Shown here one piece after another: positions 28,290 through 42,760 of a DNA stretch of 64,000 bases. Positions within the stretch are counted from its first letter, which is position 1. Each line of letters begins with the position of its first letter. Below the pieces are notes generated by a model. The model saw only the letters and a program-made list of their open reading frames with translations, ran no database searches and was not told the DNA's origin. The DNA comes from the human T2T-CHM13v2.0 reference genome, Homo sapiens. The stretch lies in the NCBI RefSeq assembly GCF_009914755.1, contig NC_060935.1; one strand, 5' to 3'. Both the position numbers and the translations under genes were made by a program.

Positions 28290-28594
28290 TCAATGTTGAT
28301 GTCTAAGCTGGATTCTCTTTTATTAATCATTGAGATTTAGGGGGCGTCCTAGGTTTCTGATTGCTGTTTCACCTCAAATATTCCATCTCCCCATTCTCAC
28401 TCTTAAATCATTCTGAAACTCTGAAAAGACATGTGTTGCAACTTTTAACTCTCTCTTCTCTGATTTTTAAATACTCTTTTATATTTTCACATCTTTGCAA
28501 CCTAAATAATTTTTTAAATGTATTTTCCTGTCTTCAAGCTCTCTATTAAACTCTGCTGCTTATTCTATGCATCGTCTTAATGTTCTATTAAATT

Positions 28595-28597
<3 letters not shown>

Positions 28598-28635
<38 letters not shown>
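28598..28635. repeat. (TA)n microsatellite, about 19 units
   Basis: Perfect TA run. Confidence 0.95.
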
Positions 28636-28638
<3 letters not shown>

Positions 28639-29869
28639 TTAAAATATTCTAGATATAGAGATTTATATGTCATTGCACTAGGCCTGCACTCCAGAGTGAG
28701 GCAGAAACCCCTTACTGAAAAGGACTGGAAACAATGGCTTTAGTATGCACTTCTGGCAGTATTTTCTTCCATCCTGTTTATAAGCCCTGCAGGATTCTTG
28801 CTTTCATGTCAGATCAGCAATGCATTTATAAGGATGTTTTAAATACCTTATCAAACATTGTAGTTGTTTCATTTGGATGAACAATATCTAGTCTGCCATA
28901 TTGCCATAAATGAAATCCTAGTTTTCTTCACAAGTTAGCTCTCTCATATATCAAAGGTCAGTGAAGTCATCATGCTTCCTTCCAGAAATCTTTCCTCTCT
29001 GTACAGATTGAGAACAGTTACTGGACTCCATAGTAAAGTCTGCCATTTTATACTTAAATTAATTCCTTTTGGGGCCTTGAGCACCATTAGGTTGTTGGGC
29101 CCCTTGAAAAGGAACCATGACATAGATATGGTCATCAATGGCATCACAGATTATGTTAGGGGATCATTAATCTTTCCAAACTTAACAGCTTTTAAAATCC
29201 CCTCATTCACAGACCTGCAAAGTCTTGACTCTTTCTCCCCTTCAAGACAACCTTTGTACAGCTGTTTCAGTCCCAGATTCTAGTGCCTTTAGTTTTTAAC
29301 CTGAAATATTTCTATGTGGTTATCTTAACATGAAATTGTACAAGTCTATTTAGAAACATAAAAGCCCATTGATGTCTCACATCTGGACAAGGCTTTATAT
29401 TTATCTAGGTATAACATATGGTCTTGAGCCAATTCTTATTTTTAGTCAAGGTCCTTATTGCCACTCATTACTCCTTATTTTTTTAGTCTCTAATAGACCC
29501 AAACTTAATTCAGAGATGGCATTAATACTATTCCTTATTGCACTAATGCATTAGGTACTCATGTTTCCTGAAATATTTGCCAATTTTTATTATAGGATGG
29601 GTGTGAGGATTAGAATGAATAAAATGATAAAAACACAAATGAGAATTTCTGACATATAATGAATGTTCAACACAAAATAGGACTACTATAATAATTGCTA
29701 CTATTAAGGACATATTAAACAAATAAATTATGATTAATATAACTTTTATTATATTATTAAAAGATCACAGGATTGAGGCTCTAGTGGAAAGTTTTAAAAT
29801 TCCCCCACGAAACAGCATAGCTGTTATTATCTCATAGAAATAAATTAATCTTAAAAAACTCCAGTCAGA

Positions 29870-30181
<312 letters not shown>

Positions 30182-30187
30182 TCAGAG

Positions 30188-31625
30188 AGGCATCACACAA
30201 CCTCACTTCAAATCTTCAAATTATACTACAAAGCTACAGTAACTAAAACAGCATAATATTGTCATTAAAAACAAACACAAAGACCATGAAACACAATAGA
30301 TAACCCAGAAAAATTCCATACATTTACAATTAACTCATTTTCAGCAAAGGTGCCAAGAGCATATATTGGGGAAAAGGCAGTCACTTCAATAAAAGATTCT
30401 GGGGAAACTGAATGTTTATATACAGAAGAATGAAATTAGACTCGTATCTTTCACCATACACAAAAATAAAATCAAAATGGACTAAAGACTTAGATTGAAG
30501 ACATGAAACTATGAAACTACTAGAAGAAAACATTGGTAAAATGCTTCAGGACAGTGGTCTGAATGTGTCTGGTCAAAGACTTATTGAGTAAGACCTCAAA
30601 ACCACGGGCAACCAAAGCAAAAATTGACAAATGGGATCACATCAAGTTAAAAACAAACAAACAAACCACAAAAACAAAAACAAAAAAAACCCAAACTTCT
30701 GCATAAAAGAATCAACAAATTGAAGAGATAATCTACAAAATGGGAGAAAATATTTTTAAACAATTCCTCTGGCAAGGGATTTAATAACAGAATATATAAA
30801 AAACTCAAAAAGCTCAGAAGCAAAAAAATGAAATAATGCAACTTAAAAATAAGCAAAAGACCTGAATAAACATTTCTCAAAAGAAGACTTACAAATGGCC
30901 AACAGATATATGAAAAAAAATGTTTAACATCACTAATCATCGGGGAAATGCAAATCAAAACCACTATGAGATATAATCTCACCTCAGTTAAAATGGTTAT
31001 TGTCAAAAAGACAGAAAATAACAAAATTGCTGTAAGGATGCTGAGACAGGAGAATGTTAATACACTGTTGGTGGGAATGTAAGTTAGTATAGCCACTATG
31101 GAAAAAAGGATGGAGATTCTGCAAAAAAAATAAGTAAATAACTAAAAATAGAACTACCATATGATCCAGCAATCCCACTGGATATATACTCAAACAAAAA
31201 AAAATCTTTGTATCAAAGAGATCTGTATTCACATGTTTATTGCAGCACTATTCACAATATCCAAAATATGGAATCAACCTAAATGTCCATCAGTTCATGA
31301 ATGAATACAGAAAATGGGGTATATATGCACAATGGAATAGTATTCAGATATGAAAAAAAGAATGAAATCATGTCATTTTTGGCAACATGGATGGAACAGG
31401 AGGTCACTATGTTAAGCATAGAAAGACAAATATTTCATGTTTTCACTCATAATATAGGAGCTAATAAAGTGGGTCTCATGAAGGTAAAGAGTTGAATGGT
31501 GGTTACCAGAAGCTGCACTGAGCCTCTGATTTGATTATTACATGTTGTATACCTGTATCCAAATATCATATATACCCCAAAAATGTGTACAACTATTATA
31601 CAGCAATTTAAAAAATAAATATATT
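30188..31625 (+). mobile_element. L1MA (MA1-4-like), 5'-truncated: 3' ORF2 and 3'UTR with an internal deletion
   Basis: ggcatcacac...ttatactacaaagctacagtaac; gaactaccatatgatccagcaatcccact; 3'UTR jumps from ggttaccagaagctg to gatttgattattacat; A-rich end. Confidence 0.88.
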
Positions 31626-31929
31626 TTTAAAAACCTCCCATCAAGAACGTAGTTAAACAAAAATCTGATATGGGGAAAACTTGCTTGCACTACCCTGTCT
31701 CCTTTCTACTTTCTCACTAAACATTGGTGCATATTGACCCTTCATAAATGCCCTGTGTTTCCCACTCTATTGAGCCCATGGCTTCTGAATTGAAAATAAA
31801 TGAGGTATTCGCTTATACAGAGTTATGGAATAATTTTATTATTATCCCACACCTTACAGTATTTTTATATAAGAGACAATCCTTAATCCAATTCTTAATC
31901 CAGTGAAATGAATCCATATTATCACATTA

Positions 31930-32185
31930 CAAACCTGGGTTGTGGCACTAGGCAGACCTGATAAGCATCACAATTCTTTTAATTACTGAGAGTGACCTTG
32001 GGGATGTTTCTTAATCTCTCCACTCCAGAGTGCTCAACTGTGAGTTGGAGAAAAAATATCTAAATCATACGGTTGGTGGGAAGATTAAAATGGATAAAGA
32101 TAGCAAAGCACATATTAGAATCCTTGGCATATAACAAATATTCAACACAAAATAGGGGCTTTTACTGTTATTATTATTATTATTA
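31930..32185 (+). mobile_element. MIR
   Basis: gtgaccttgggg...cttaatctctc...ctgtgagttggag...aagattaaaatggataa. Confidence 0.65.
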
Positions 32186-32562
32186 TTGATGTATTAAGTA
32201 ATGATCATTGCTATAATTGTATTTTTAGGGAAATCTTACGTCTGGGGTTCCATTTGAGCTACAAGTTTTAAACCATCTATGCATTGCTCTGGCCTAGTCC
32301 TCTCCTTCCTGAGATTGCACAGGTTAAATCCACATCAGAATGGTTAATGGTCACACCAGGAACCCCTGTGACAGCTATAACCCCATTCTCAAGGATTTAT
32401 TAAAGACAATCAACTTAGCAAAAAGCATCTAAAAATTCGAGAGCTAGGGAAAAATTGATTTAATAGACCAAGTAGATTTTTATTAGAACAGCTCTTCCAG
32501 CCAAAAACTAGGTTGTAGGGAAGAGGGGTGTGGAGAAAAACAAATTAAAAATTGTTTAGGCA

Positions 32563-32858
32563 AGCCGAGTGTGTGGTGGACAATGCCTATAATCTCAGCA
32601 CTTTGGGAGGCCAAGGATCACTTGAGGTCAGGAGTTCGAGACCAGCCTAGCCAACATGGTGAACTCCCGTCTCTACTAAAAATGCAAAAATTAGCTGGGC
32701 ATGGTGACAGGTACCTGTAATCCCAGCTACTCAGGAGGCTGAGGCAAGAGAACTGCTTGAACCTGGGAGGCACAGGTTGCATTGACCAAGATCACATGCA
32801 CCATTGCACTCCAGCCTGGGTGACAGAGTGAGACTCTGTCTCAAAACAAAACAAAAAC
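32563..32858 (+). mobile_element. AluSz/Sx
   Basis: gatcacttgaggtcaggagttcgagacc; small internal deletion; TSD aaaaattgtttaggca/aaaaattattgaggca. Confidence 0.9.
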
Positions 32859-35444
32859 AAAAATTATTGAGGCAGAGATTCCTCAGCTAATCAACATCTA
32901 CCTTAGAGAAAAATGAGTCATGGCTAATTCTATTGTGTAGTCACATTGTTGATGCACGTTTGCCATTACAGTTTATTTTCATTCCATCTGCCCCTTCTTC
33001 ACTCAGTGAGCAGTGTTAAACATAAGCTGGCTACCACTCTCTGCAGCACTTCCCTCAGGTTTATTTTAAACCTTTAGAACTGCCTTCCAGCCACTTCTCT
33101 TTCCTCACCTGCTTTCATTTAATTTAGTACTTGCCTCCTCTTGGATTATGCATCTTATTTCTGTCTCACATTTAAATGGCTGTCTGATGAAAAACCCTCA
33201 CTACTTCTGCCTCCTTCATTTACATTTACATCTCTGTCCATTACCTTTCTTTCAGTATAGGATATAAGCTCCAGTGGCCTTCAACTTAATTGTTTCTCCT
33301 TCTTTTGCGTCTTTTTAGACATTTCTCCAATTTCTATGTTAAAACTAATTTCTTTTTGTGCCATCTCCCTGAGGAATTCCATTTGTAATCAAAATCTTAC
33401 CCATAAACTCCATGCATATAATGGCCAAATCAACTCCACACCTATTCTTTGGCGCTGACTTCAGTCATTCAGCTCCAGTCATGCATTGGTTTCATGTCAA
33501 AACTAATATTACCTTTCAAACCTGATGTTATTGTATTTAACTGTAGGTCCATTGCTCTCCCAACATTATTGTATGATGCAGTGTGCAGAGTTATTATGAC
33601 ACGCACTGGAAAAATAGGCTCTGACATTTATCAACCTTGTCACTAGATAAGGTCTGATTTACTGTAATTAAGGTTAGGCTGTACTGAAAATGTATTTTTT
33701 AAAAATAGGAGATATACTTAACTCCACTATTCATCCCAAACATCCAGAGCACTGCTGCACAGTCATCAATGTGAATTTAGGTGTTTTAAGCTACTGTGAA
33801 TATAAAACTGAAAAAGATTTATGGGCAATAAAAGGAAATGTGCTCGTAATTCACAACTGGCCTGTGAGACCCTGGCTCTGCTTTGAAGCCACCAAGACAG
33901 TTCATTAGTTTCACTAGACAGCCCTGGAATTGAAACAGAATGGTCGGGCATCACTAATGTGATTAAGGCTCCTGATTTCACAGTTAAAAAAAAATAAATT
34001 AGTTGACCTAAATGTGATTTCCGAGTTTTCCTTGTCTTTGCATCAGAGGTCAATAACCAGTTGTTGGCAAGAAAAATGATAACCTGGAAATATTAGCAGT
34101 GTCTGAGGTTAGAATTCCAAGGAAAGTTTTGTGCGCTTATTCTTCTTTCATATTGAAAATGAAAATCCCACTGGCCCATTGAAAATAATTTTCTGGAATG
34201 ATAAAATAACTCTAATTATTTTGTAAATGCAATCATTGTTCATTTTTATACAATGAATCATCATATACTCTCAATATTTTTTGAATGTTTGATGTAGCAA
34301 CCAAATGCAATTTAATGAACTTGCATAAATTAAATTCCTACCACATATTTCACAACACTGACATGTTTAATACATAAAATCACTTGGGTTTCACTAACCA
34401 TATTAATTTTATTTTTAAGGTTATACAATATTCTATTTCTATTAATTTCTATTAATTGATTTTAATTAATTTTCAATCACCAGAATTATGAATACTGAAA
34501 GCAATATATATGTCCTTGCTGTTAATTAATTTTTTATTTTTTAGGACACAGATAAGATTAGATTTCCATAGGTTACCAGAGTATTTATCAGTAACTTGTT
34601 GATAATCTATACTTCCCCCATCCTCTCCATCCCCCCAAAATCTGTCAGCCTCCGAGAATCTGAATAGCATTGTATAAACTACTCCTATTTGTAGGTTGTG
34701 GAACATGTTACAACAAACTCTCACAGAGGGAAAATTAATTTTATAAACCCAATGAAAGCCTAAAAATTATTTTAGTTTCTTATTTGATGTATTTTCTATA
34801 ATGTTAATGTAAATGACAAAATCACTCAATTCATTTTAATTGCCAGGGAAAAAACGTAAGCCTCTGTGGAGGAGTATAGAGTTGGCTGAGAGACAAAACA
34901 GAGTGAGTGAGCTGAGTGCACTCACACAGCAGTCAGTGGCAGGGGGTAATGAGAACCTAAGACTCCAGAATTCTAGTTCAGTTAATTTCAGCTCCTTTGT
35001 CCTTTCCTGTCTTCTTTTTTAATATACCTTTGGCATTCGCATATTTAATATTTTCACTTTTGATCCTTTGAAAACAACCATGACATGCAGTAATTTGTAG
35101 TTTTGTTTTGATTTTTGTTTTGTTTTGAGACAGGATTTGAATTGACCATGTGGTGGACAATTGCTATTCATGTAGAGGCCACCATCTAGTGAAGGAAACC
35201 CCTGGAAGCATGTGAGTCCAGGCAGCCTCCAGCACCTGCCACTTTGTAAATCTCCGGTCTTTTCTACTAATCATTTCTCATTCAGCTGCCTTCAGAAAAA
35301 ACCTTGTTCTAGTTTTTTCTACTATTGGATCCTGAAAAAAAACATAAAATTATAACAGTAATAAAAGTGATAAGAACAATAGAAAGAAAAATATTTTCTA
35401 AAATACAAATATAAATTTGGGAACAATTAAAAATTAATTTGGCT

Positions 35445-36207
35445 CAATTACACATTGCTGATGGGAATGTAAAATGATGGAACTACCAAGAAAAACAGTT
35501 TTAGTTTCTATAAAACTATAAAACAGTTTTAGTTTTATAAAAACTAAACATTCAAATTGCTGTACTACCCAACAATGGCACTCTCAGGAGTTTATTCCAA
35601 AGAAATGAAACCATATGGTCACACAAAAACCTGTACATAAATTTACATAGCAGTTTTTTTATTAGTCAAAAGCTAGGCACAGCCCAGATGTACTTCAACA
35701 TGAATGACTGAACAAAGAGTGATACATACAAGCTATGGAATAGTACTCAGAAATAAGAAAGAATGAACTATTGATACCCACAAAGACTTGGATGTGTCTC
35801 CAGAGAATTGTGCTAATTGAAAACACCCAGTTTCCAGAAGTTATATACCGTATGACAGCATTTATATTACAGGTTTGAAATGATAAAATTTTAGGAGTGG
35901 AGAACAGATTAGTGGTTGCCAGATGTCAGGGATAAGGGTGAGGTGGCAGACAGAAGGAGATGATATGTGTATAAAAGCGCAACACAAAGGGTCCTTGTGG
36001 TGATGGAACTGTCAGTATCTTAACTGTGTAGAAGACACAAGAACCCATGTGTGATTAAAATTTACATAGAATTAAACACACATACATACACAAATGAATA
36101 CAAGTAAAATTAGGAAAATCTGAATAAAATTAGTAGATTATATCAATGTCAAAATATAGGCCATGGAATTGGATTATAATTTTGCAAAGTGTTATCATTG
36201 GGGGAAA
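35445..36207 (+). mobile_element. L1MD-type 3' end
   Basis: gcaacacaaagggtccttgtggtgatggaactgt...aaatgaatacaagtaaaattaggaaaatctgaataa...ttttgcaaagtgttatcattgggggaaa. Confidence 0.8.
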
Positions 36208-36208
36208 A

Positions 36209-36212
<4 letters not shown>

Positions 36213-36249
<37 letters not shown>
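36213..36249. repeat. (CA)n microsatellite
   Basis: About 18 perfect units. Confidence 0.95.
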
Positions 36250-36255
<6 letters not shown>

Positions 36256-36338
36256 AATAGTATATGTAACAATGCTATCTACCTAAATAATTAAGAAGCC
36301 ATTTCTCAAATTGTTTTAATGATATCTCTAGCTAGGAC

Positions 36339-36764
36339 TGATATAGTTTGGACTGATATATTTGTCTCCACCTAAATCTCGTGCTGAAATGTAATCCGCA
36401 GTGTTGGAGGTGGGGCCTGCTGGGAGGGATTTGGATCATGGCAGTGAATCCCTCATGACTTGCTTGAGCTATCTCCTTGATGATAAGTGAGCTGTTGCTC
36501 TGAGTTCACATAGGATCTGGTTGTGTAAAAATGTGTACCTGCCCTTCCCCTAATGCTTTTGTTCTTGCCATGTGAGATGCCTGCTCCCCCTTTGCCATGA
36601 GTAAAAGCTTCCTAATGCCTCACCAGAAGCTGAGAGGATTCTGATGCCATGCTTCCTGTATAGACTGCTGAACTATGAAATAATTAAACCTTTTTCTTTA
36701 TAAATTACGCAGTTTAAGATATTTCAGATATTTCTTTACAGCAATGCAAGAACAGGCTAACACA
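36339..36764 (+). mobile_element. MSTB-like MaLR solo LTR
   Basis: TG...CA termini; tgatatagtttgga...aaatctc...gttggaggtggggcct...gcaatgcaagaacaggctaacaca. Confidence 0.85.
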
Positions 36765-37759
36765 ACAGCAAACATTATTCAGCTAATAGAAGCTAAAGTG
36801 TAAATTAATGTTTAAAAGGCCATTTAATTTATGGGTTGAGGATCTGCATGATGAACTCTTGATTTTTTTCCTACCAACATTTGTTTTGGGAGAAAGCCAG
36901 AAACCTGTACAAATAATACTGAATGTGAAGAGTAAAAATTAGAGATGGTTTCAGGAAGCATTCCTCAGAAAACTTTTAATAACAAATGTATTTTAGGTTC
37001 TGATAATTCAAAATCATGACCATCAGGAGCTAGACAGGCTATATCTGTATGACTGTACTAGGGAGTGCTGGTTGAGTATCAGCCAAAATTCATGTTTTCA
37101 AGTCCATAGATAGGAAGCAATCAACCTAATGACCAAGAAGAATCTACCATACAGAGGAGGCTTAAATCAGACCAAGCTTGTACATAGACACACTATAGAC
37201 AGATGTGACAGAGGACCTCCACTTTTTCCCCACTTATTCAGCCTTGCCTTTTATTTTCCTAACAGAAGGACATCTTAAACCACTTGGCATGTCTTGCAAA
37301 AATGTTTCATCTCTCCAAAGGGAAAATTCCCCTTACATACTAGAAAACTATTACTCCATAATATATCAAAGAAGAAGAAAAAAACTGTTATGATGTGTAC
37401 GTATTAGAAACTTTGAGAGATGGCAATGCAATTAAAGATTTGTGGTTTCCAAGAAATTATGCAAACTAAAGAATCTGAATGTGGTGAATCCGAATCTTCC
37501 CCACTTTAGATCAACCCCTGGAAAAAATTTATCTACTGGAAATGAGAAATAGACTAGCTTATGTCTCCCAAGCCTCACCTAAGAAAATATAGGATTAAAA
37601 AAGGACATATTCTTTTGGCATAAAGTACAAAAGACATGTCAGCAGAGGTCGTAAATCTTTATATAAAACTAGAAATAGAGTTACTGATAGGGAATAAACT
37701 CTCTTGGTTGAAGACATCTTTTTTTTTAAATACTCTAGCTCAAAAATTATATTTATATA

Positions 37760-38134
37760 CATATTAGTCTGTCTTCATGCTGCTATAAAGAACAGCCTGA
37801 GACTGGGTAATTTATAAAGGAAAGATGTTTAATTGACACAATTCAACAAGGCTCAGGAGGCCTCAGGAAGCTTATAATCATGGCAGAAGGTGAAGCGGAA
37901 GCAAGGCACTTTCTTCACAGGTGGCAGGAAGCACTGAGTGAAGGGGGAGGAACCCTTTATAAAACCATCAGATCTCGTGAGAACTCACTATCAAGAGAAC
38001 AGCATGGAGGAAACCACTCCTATGATTTAATTACTTCTACTTGGTCTCTCCCTTGACATGTGGGGATTATGGGGATTATGGGGATTACAATTCAAGATGA
38101 GATTTGGGTGAGGACACAAAGGCTAACCGTATCA
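37760..38134 (-). mobile_element. THE1D-like MaLR solo LTR
   Basis: tattagtc...gagactgggtaatttataaaggaaag...ggtctctcccttgacatgtggggattat...gacacaaaggctaaccgtatca; near-TSD atata/acata. Confidence 0.88.
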
Positions 38135-38599
38135 ACATAATACATATCTTTTGAAATTGTTTATAATTAACAAATTGAAAATACAGACAATAGACTTAAA
38201 AATACATTTCCAACAGAAATGTGTGACTACATGTTCACATAAAGATATCAATAGTGTATGTACAACAACTGTGAACAATTGACCAGAAAAAATACTTTAC
38301 AAGATTAGGCAATAAACAACTTTGGAGGATAAAGCAAGGTTTGTGTTCATTAGTAACCAATAAACTACAAATAAACAGCAATAAAATAAGAGATGACCAT
38401 GAACTCTGTGAACTCTTTGTGATGGGAATCTTCCTGCAGAGTTGGTTCAAATTGGTTCAAGCTTTTGGTGATGCAATTTGGCAATATATCTGAATTGTTA
38501 TGTATGTTATTTCCTTCAGTCTCAAAGTTCATCTATTAGCACCTCAACTCGGAAAACTAAAAATTGAGCACATTAGCTAGCAATATTTGACTGGAGTCT

Positions 38600-38780
38600 T
38601 TAGTTAATAGTATTGCATTACTGTTTATTTCCTGGTTTTGATATTGGCACTGTGGTTATATACAATGTTACATACAATTAGAGAAAGCTGGATGAAGGGC
38701 ATAAGGGAATTCTCTGTATAATATTTCCAATTTTTCTGCAAGTCTAATTATTCCAAAATAAAAAGTTAAAAAATAACAAA
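38600..38780 (+). mobile_element. L1MC-type 3' terminus
   Basis: ttcctggttttgatattggcactgtggttat...gaaagctggatgaagggcat...ttctgcaagtctaattattccaaaataaaaagtt. Confidence 0.7.
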
Positions 38781-39130
38781 ACAAAATATTAGAACAAGAA
38801 AGTTAAAAAAAAAACACATGGCAAATCAATGTAGATACAGATTCTGTTCCTTAAATACTAAACTTTATTGCTAATACAATAAAATATGGACAGAGGCAAA
38901 ATCATCCTTATTTGCAGACAAATTTCTCCCTATAAAGACAAAGATAACCGAAATTTTGTTATAATTGAAAGGAGAAGGTCTAGATGTAAAATGAACAACC
39001 CACATCAAGAGCTTTCTTGTACACCAGTAATAAATTGGAGGATTATGAGAAAAGATCTGATTCACATTGGAAACAGATTAAAATGTCTATGAATAACCTT
39101 AACAAGAAATTTTGAGTGCACATCTTTATA

Positions 39131-39446
39131 CAGTGGGCATTCCATATCTGCAGGTTTCACATCTGTGGAGTCAACCAACCACAGATCAAAAATGTCCAAA
39201 AAAGAATAAAAAATAACAGTACAACAGTAAAACATAAGACAAACTTAAAAATACAGTATAACAACTATTTACATAGCATGTACATTGTATTAGCTATTTC
39301 AGTAATCTAAAAATGATGTAAAGCCCAGTATGTGAGAGGATGTGCATAGATTATATGCACATACTACACCATTTTATACAAAGGTCTTGGACATCTGCAA
39401 ATTTTATCAGGGTCCAAGAACCAGTCCCCTAGGGAAAACTATACTG
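39131..39446 (-). mobile_element. MER2 (TcMar-Tigger MITE)
   Basis: Preceded by TA; aatacagtataacaactatttacatagcat...gaggatgtgcatagattatatgcacatactacaccattttata. Confidence 0.85.
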
Positions 39447-39454
39447 GCCTCAAT

Positions 39455-41690
39455 ATTTTGTCTTTCTTTTATTTTGTGGAAGAGTTTGTGTAATAACAGC
39501 ATAAATTCTTCAAAAATTGGTAGAAATATTTAGTGAAATAATCTGAGCCTAAAGATTTTTAGTTGTTTGTTTTATTTTTGTTTTTGCTTTTTACGTGAGC
39601 GAAGTTTTCTGACTATACATTCAATTTATTTAACGTCTATAGGAATATCTATAATCTATTTTATCTTGGTTCAAATTTTGGGCATTTGTAATTTTAAGGA
39701 ATCAGTTCATTTATCCTAAGTTGTTGAATTTATAAGCTTCAATTCGTTCATAGTATTCCCTTATTAGCCTCTTTCAATTGCACTGGAATTTATAGTGATA
39801 AACCTGTGTAATTGAAGGGATAATAATTTGTGTTATTTATCTTTATTTTTTGCAGTCTTGCCAGAGGTCTATCCATTTTATCGAATTTTTTAAATAACCA
39901 GCCTTTAGTTTTATGAATTTTATTGGTGGTTTTTCTGTTTTCAATCTTATTGACTTATGTTTTTATCTTTATTTTTTCCTTCCTTGTGATTTTTCCAGGT
40001 TTACTTTGATCTTCTTTACTATTCTATGAAGTAGGAACATACATTGTTAATTTGAGGTCTTTTTTTTTTTCCTAGTGTAAGCTAGTAATTTGTAAGCAAT
40101 AAATAGATGCCTCTCACACTGTTTAGTTGGAGCCCAAATATTTTGATATGTGGTCATATATTTCATTTAGTTCTATGTTTTTTAAAAAATTATTTGATAT
40201 GTGAATTATTTGGACGTGTATTGTTTAATTTCTATATGTGTTGAGATTTTCATTTGTCTTTATGCTATTCTCATTTCATTCCATTATGGTGACAGAATAT
40301 GCTGAGTTAGGTCAACTTAAAAAATTTTTTTTCAAATTTTTTTTATGGCTGAGGATATGGTCTGAGTAAATGTTTCATGAGCACTTGAAAACAGTGTATT
40401 CTGCTCTCATTGGTTGAGTGTTGTTTGAGTGTTTAGGTCAGTTAGATCCTGTTGATTGACTGGTTATTCAGATCATTTATATCCTTGATGATTGTCTGTT
40501 TGCTTTATACATGTTTAGGATTACTTTGTTTTCTGAGTGGATTGAGTCTTTCATCATTATGCAATATTCCTTGGTTTCTAGTAATTTTCTTTGCGTAGAA
40601 GTCTATTTGATCTGATATTAATATACACACTACTGATATTTTTAAAATTAATTTTGTTATGGTATATTTTCCATTCATTTACTTTCAAACTATCTATGCC
40701 ATTGAATTTGAATCAAGTTTATTAGAAGTATATAATTTTGTTATGTGTATTTTATCTTCCAATCTTCTCTTTTATGTGGCACATTTAAATCATTTTTAAT
40801 CACAGAAAATATTAATATATGTGTCTATTTCCCCTTTATTTCATTTACTCCACATAGAGGTTATGATGGGCAATTCTTTTTTCGGCAATTCTTTTTTCAG
40901 CAATTGGAAAACATTGTGCAACTTCCTTCTGGCCTCCATGATTTCAGATAAGAAATCTGCCGTCATTTGAATTGGTGTTCCCCTAGAGCTAATGCATTAT
41001 TTCTCCCTGGCAACTTTCAAGACTTTTTTTCTTTGACTTTGGTTTTCAGAAGTTTAATTATGATGTGTCTAGAGGTTAATTTTTGGGGGAAAATTATCCT
41101 ACTAGGGTTTTAACTTCTTCTTGAATCTATGGTTTTATATATTTTGCCAATTATGGGAAGTTTTCAAACATTGTTCATTAAAATATTCTTTAGTCTCAAG
41201 CTTTTTATCATCTTTTTCAACTAAAATGATATGAATATTGCCTCTTTTGTTACTGTGTCACAAGTGTCTAAGAATCTGTTCATTTATATTTTGGTTCAAA
41301 TTAGGTACATCTATTTGATCGATCCTTAAGTTTGCTTATTCTCCCTCTGTCACTCAATTATTGAGCCCATTCAGCAAGTTTTTATTAATTTCTATTGTAT
41401 CTTTCAATTTTATAATTTCCATTGTTCTTTATTTTAGTTTCATTTTGTTTGCTGAGATCCTCTATTTTTTATATTATAGTAATTTTTAACTATTTATTGG
41501 ACTATTTTTATGGCAGTTACTTGAAAATATTTTTCACATTCTTTCAATATCTTTATGTCAGTATCAATTGATTGTCTTTTCTCACTTAAGTTATGATTTT
41601 CCTGATTCTTGGTATAATTTCTCTTTTTTTATCCTATATATTAAAGCTATTATGTTAGAAAACACTTAGCCCCATTCATTTTTATTCAGT
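39455..41690 (-). mobile_element. Old L1M (MC/MD-type) 5' ORF2 and ORF1 remnants
   Basis: tggaagagtttgtg...tggtagaa...gtgaaataatctgagcct; gcacttgaaaacagtgtattctgct; ttctggcctccatgatttcagataagaaatctgc. Confidence 0.78.
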
Positions 41691-42482
41691 TTTTTTTTTA
41701 ATTTCAGAAATGATTTAAGACCTTGCCAGGACTCATAAAACCTACACATCTGAATTAAAATTTATTGGTTTTGCAGCATTCCAACTATAGCAGAGCAGAT
41801 AGTTCACATTTAAAAAAAAAAAAGTGAGGACTATCTCTCTGTTAGAGGCTCTTTCCCAGTAACTTTGGAGAAGAGTCATATTTTGCTATGAGATACTGTA
41901 TTTTGCTATAAAAAATTATATAAACTCTAAAAGTATGAACAAGTTAGTTGTTATTTTCAAGATATAAATAAAAATGCTTTTCTCACATTATTTATATACG
42001 CACAACAGCAACCCAAATTTCAAAGCAAGAAATGTCAAGACAAAACAATATGAAGAGAGGAAATTTTAATACATTGATACTTTGTTCACCTCACAGTTAC
42101 AAATACAGTGATATCTTCAAGACAAACGCCATTTATAAATATTGGTAAAATTTTTATAGATGGGCTGTTAAAGCATCCATTTTGAGAGATGCTGATTGCT
42201 CACTGAGGAGTAAAATAATATTTTGATTTTATTTCCAAATATAACCTCCATTTTGATAAACATTAATCAAAAACCTAATGTTGCTCACATCGAGCATATT
42301 TTCTCATTGTTATTTTTCATGGATGCACTTGAAATGGTGCAGCATCTGAGTAAGATAAGAGTGATCTGCTATGTTTAAAGGTAAGCAATTTGACATTGGA
42401 GAAAACAATTTCACACCTGTAAAGAGTTCCTTCTTTGAAAAGGCATGAGTAAACTCCTGAACAAGATTTTTTTTTATATTTA

Positions 42483-42760
42483 TTCATTCATTAAACAGTT
42501 ACTCAGTGTAAACTCCATGCAGAATACTCCTTTAGGTGAACAAAGCAGGCAAAGTTCACTTCTCTTATATAGTTTACACATTTTCTAGATAGAGACAGAT
42601 ATTGAATAAGCAATAGGAGAATAGCTAGTAAAAAATGTTAAAATAAAAATAATTTGAGGCAATGTCATAGGACAGACTGAGGAGGGGAAAGTCTTTAAGG
42701 ATGTCAGGAAAGGGCAGAATCTTTTGAAGAAGTGGGATTTTGCCCAGATCTAAAGGTCAA
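42483..42760 (-). mobile_element. L2 3' fragment
   Basis: attcattcattaaaca...gtgaacaaagcaggcaaag...tagtttacacattttctag...gagacagata. Confidence 0.6.

Noticed and set aside
30647-31232. Hydrophobic 149-aa minus-strand ORF resembling a membrane protein
   Set aside because: Antisense of A-rich L1 ORF2; T-rich codons give Leu/Phe/Ile artefactually.
36339-38134. Two MaLR LTRs 1 kb apart as a provirus
   Set aside because: Different families (MSTB vs THE1D) on opposite strands, with no internal MaLR sequence recognised.
42318-42386. Short ATG ORF before a near-perfect donor AAG|GTAAGC (42380/42381)
   Set aside because: The frame ends in TAA just before the donor and I see no convincing acceptor or promoter. 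A non-coding exon cannot be excluded.
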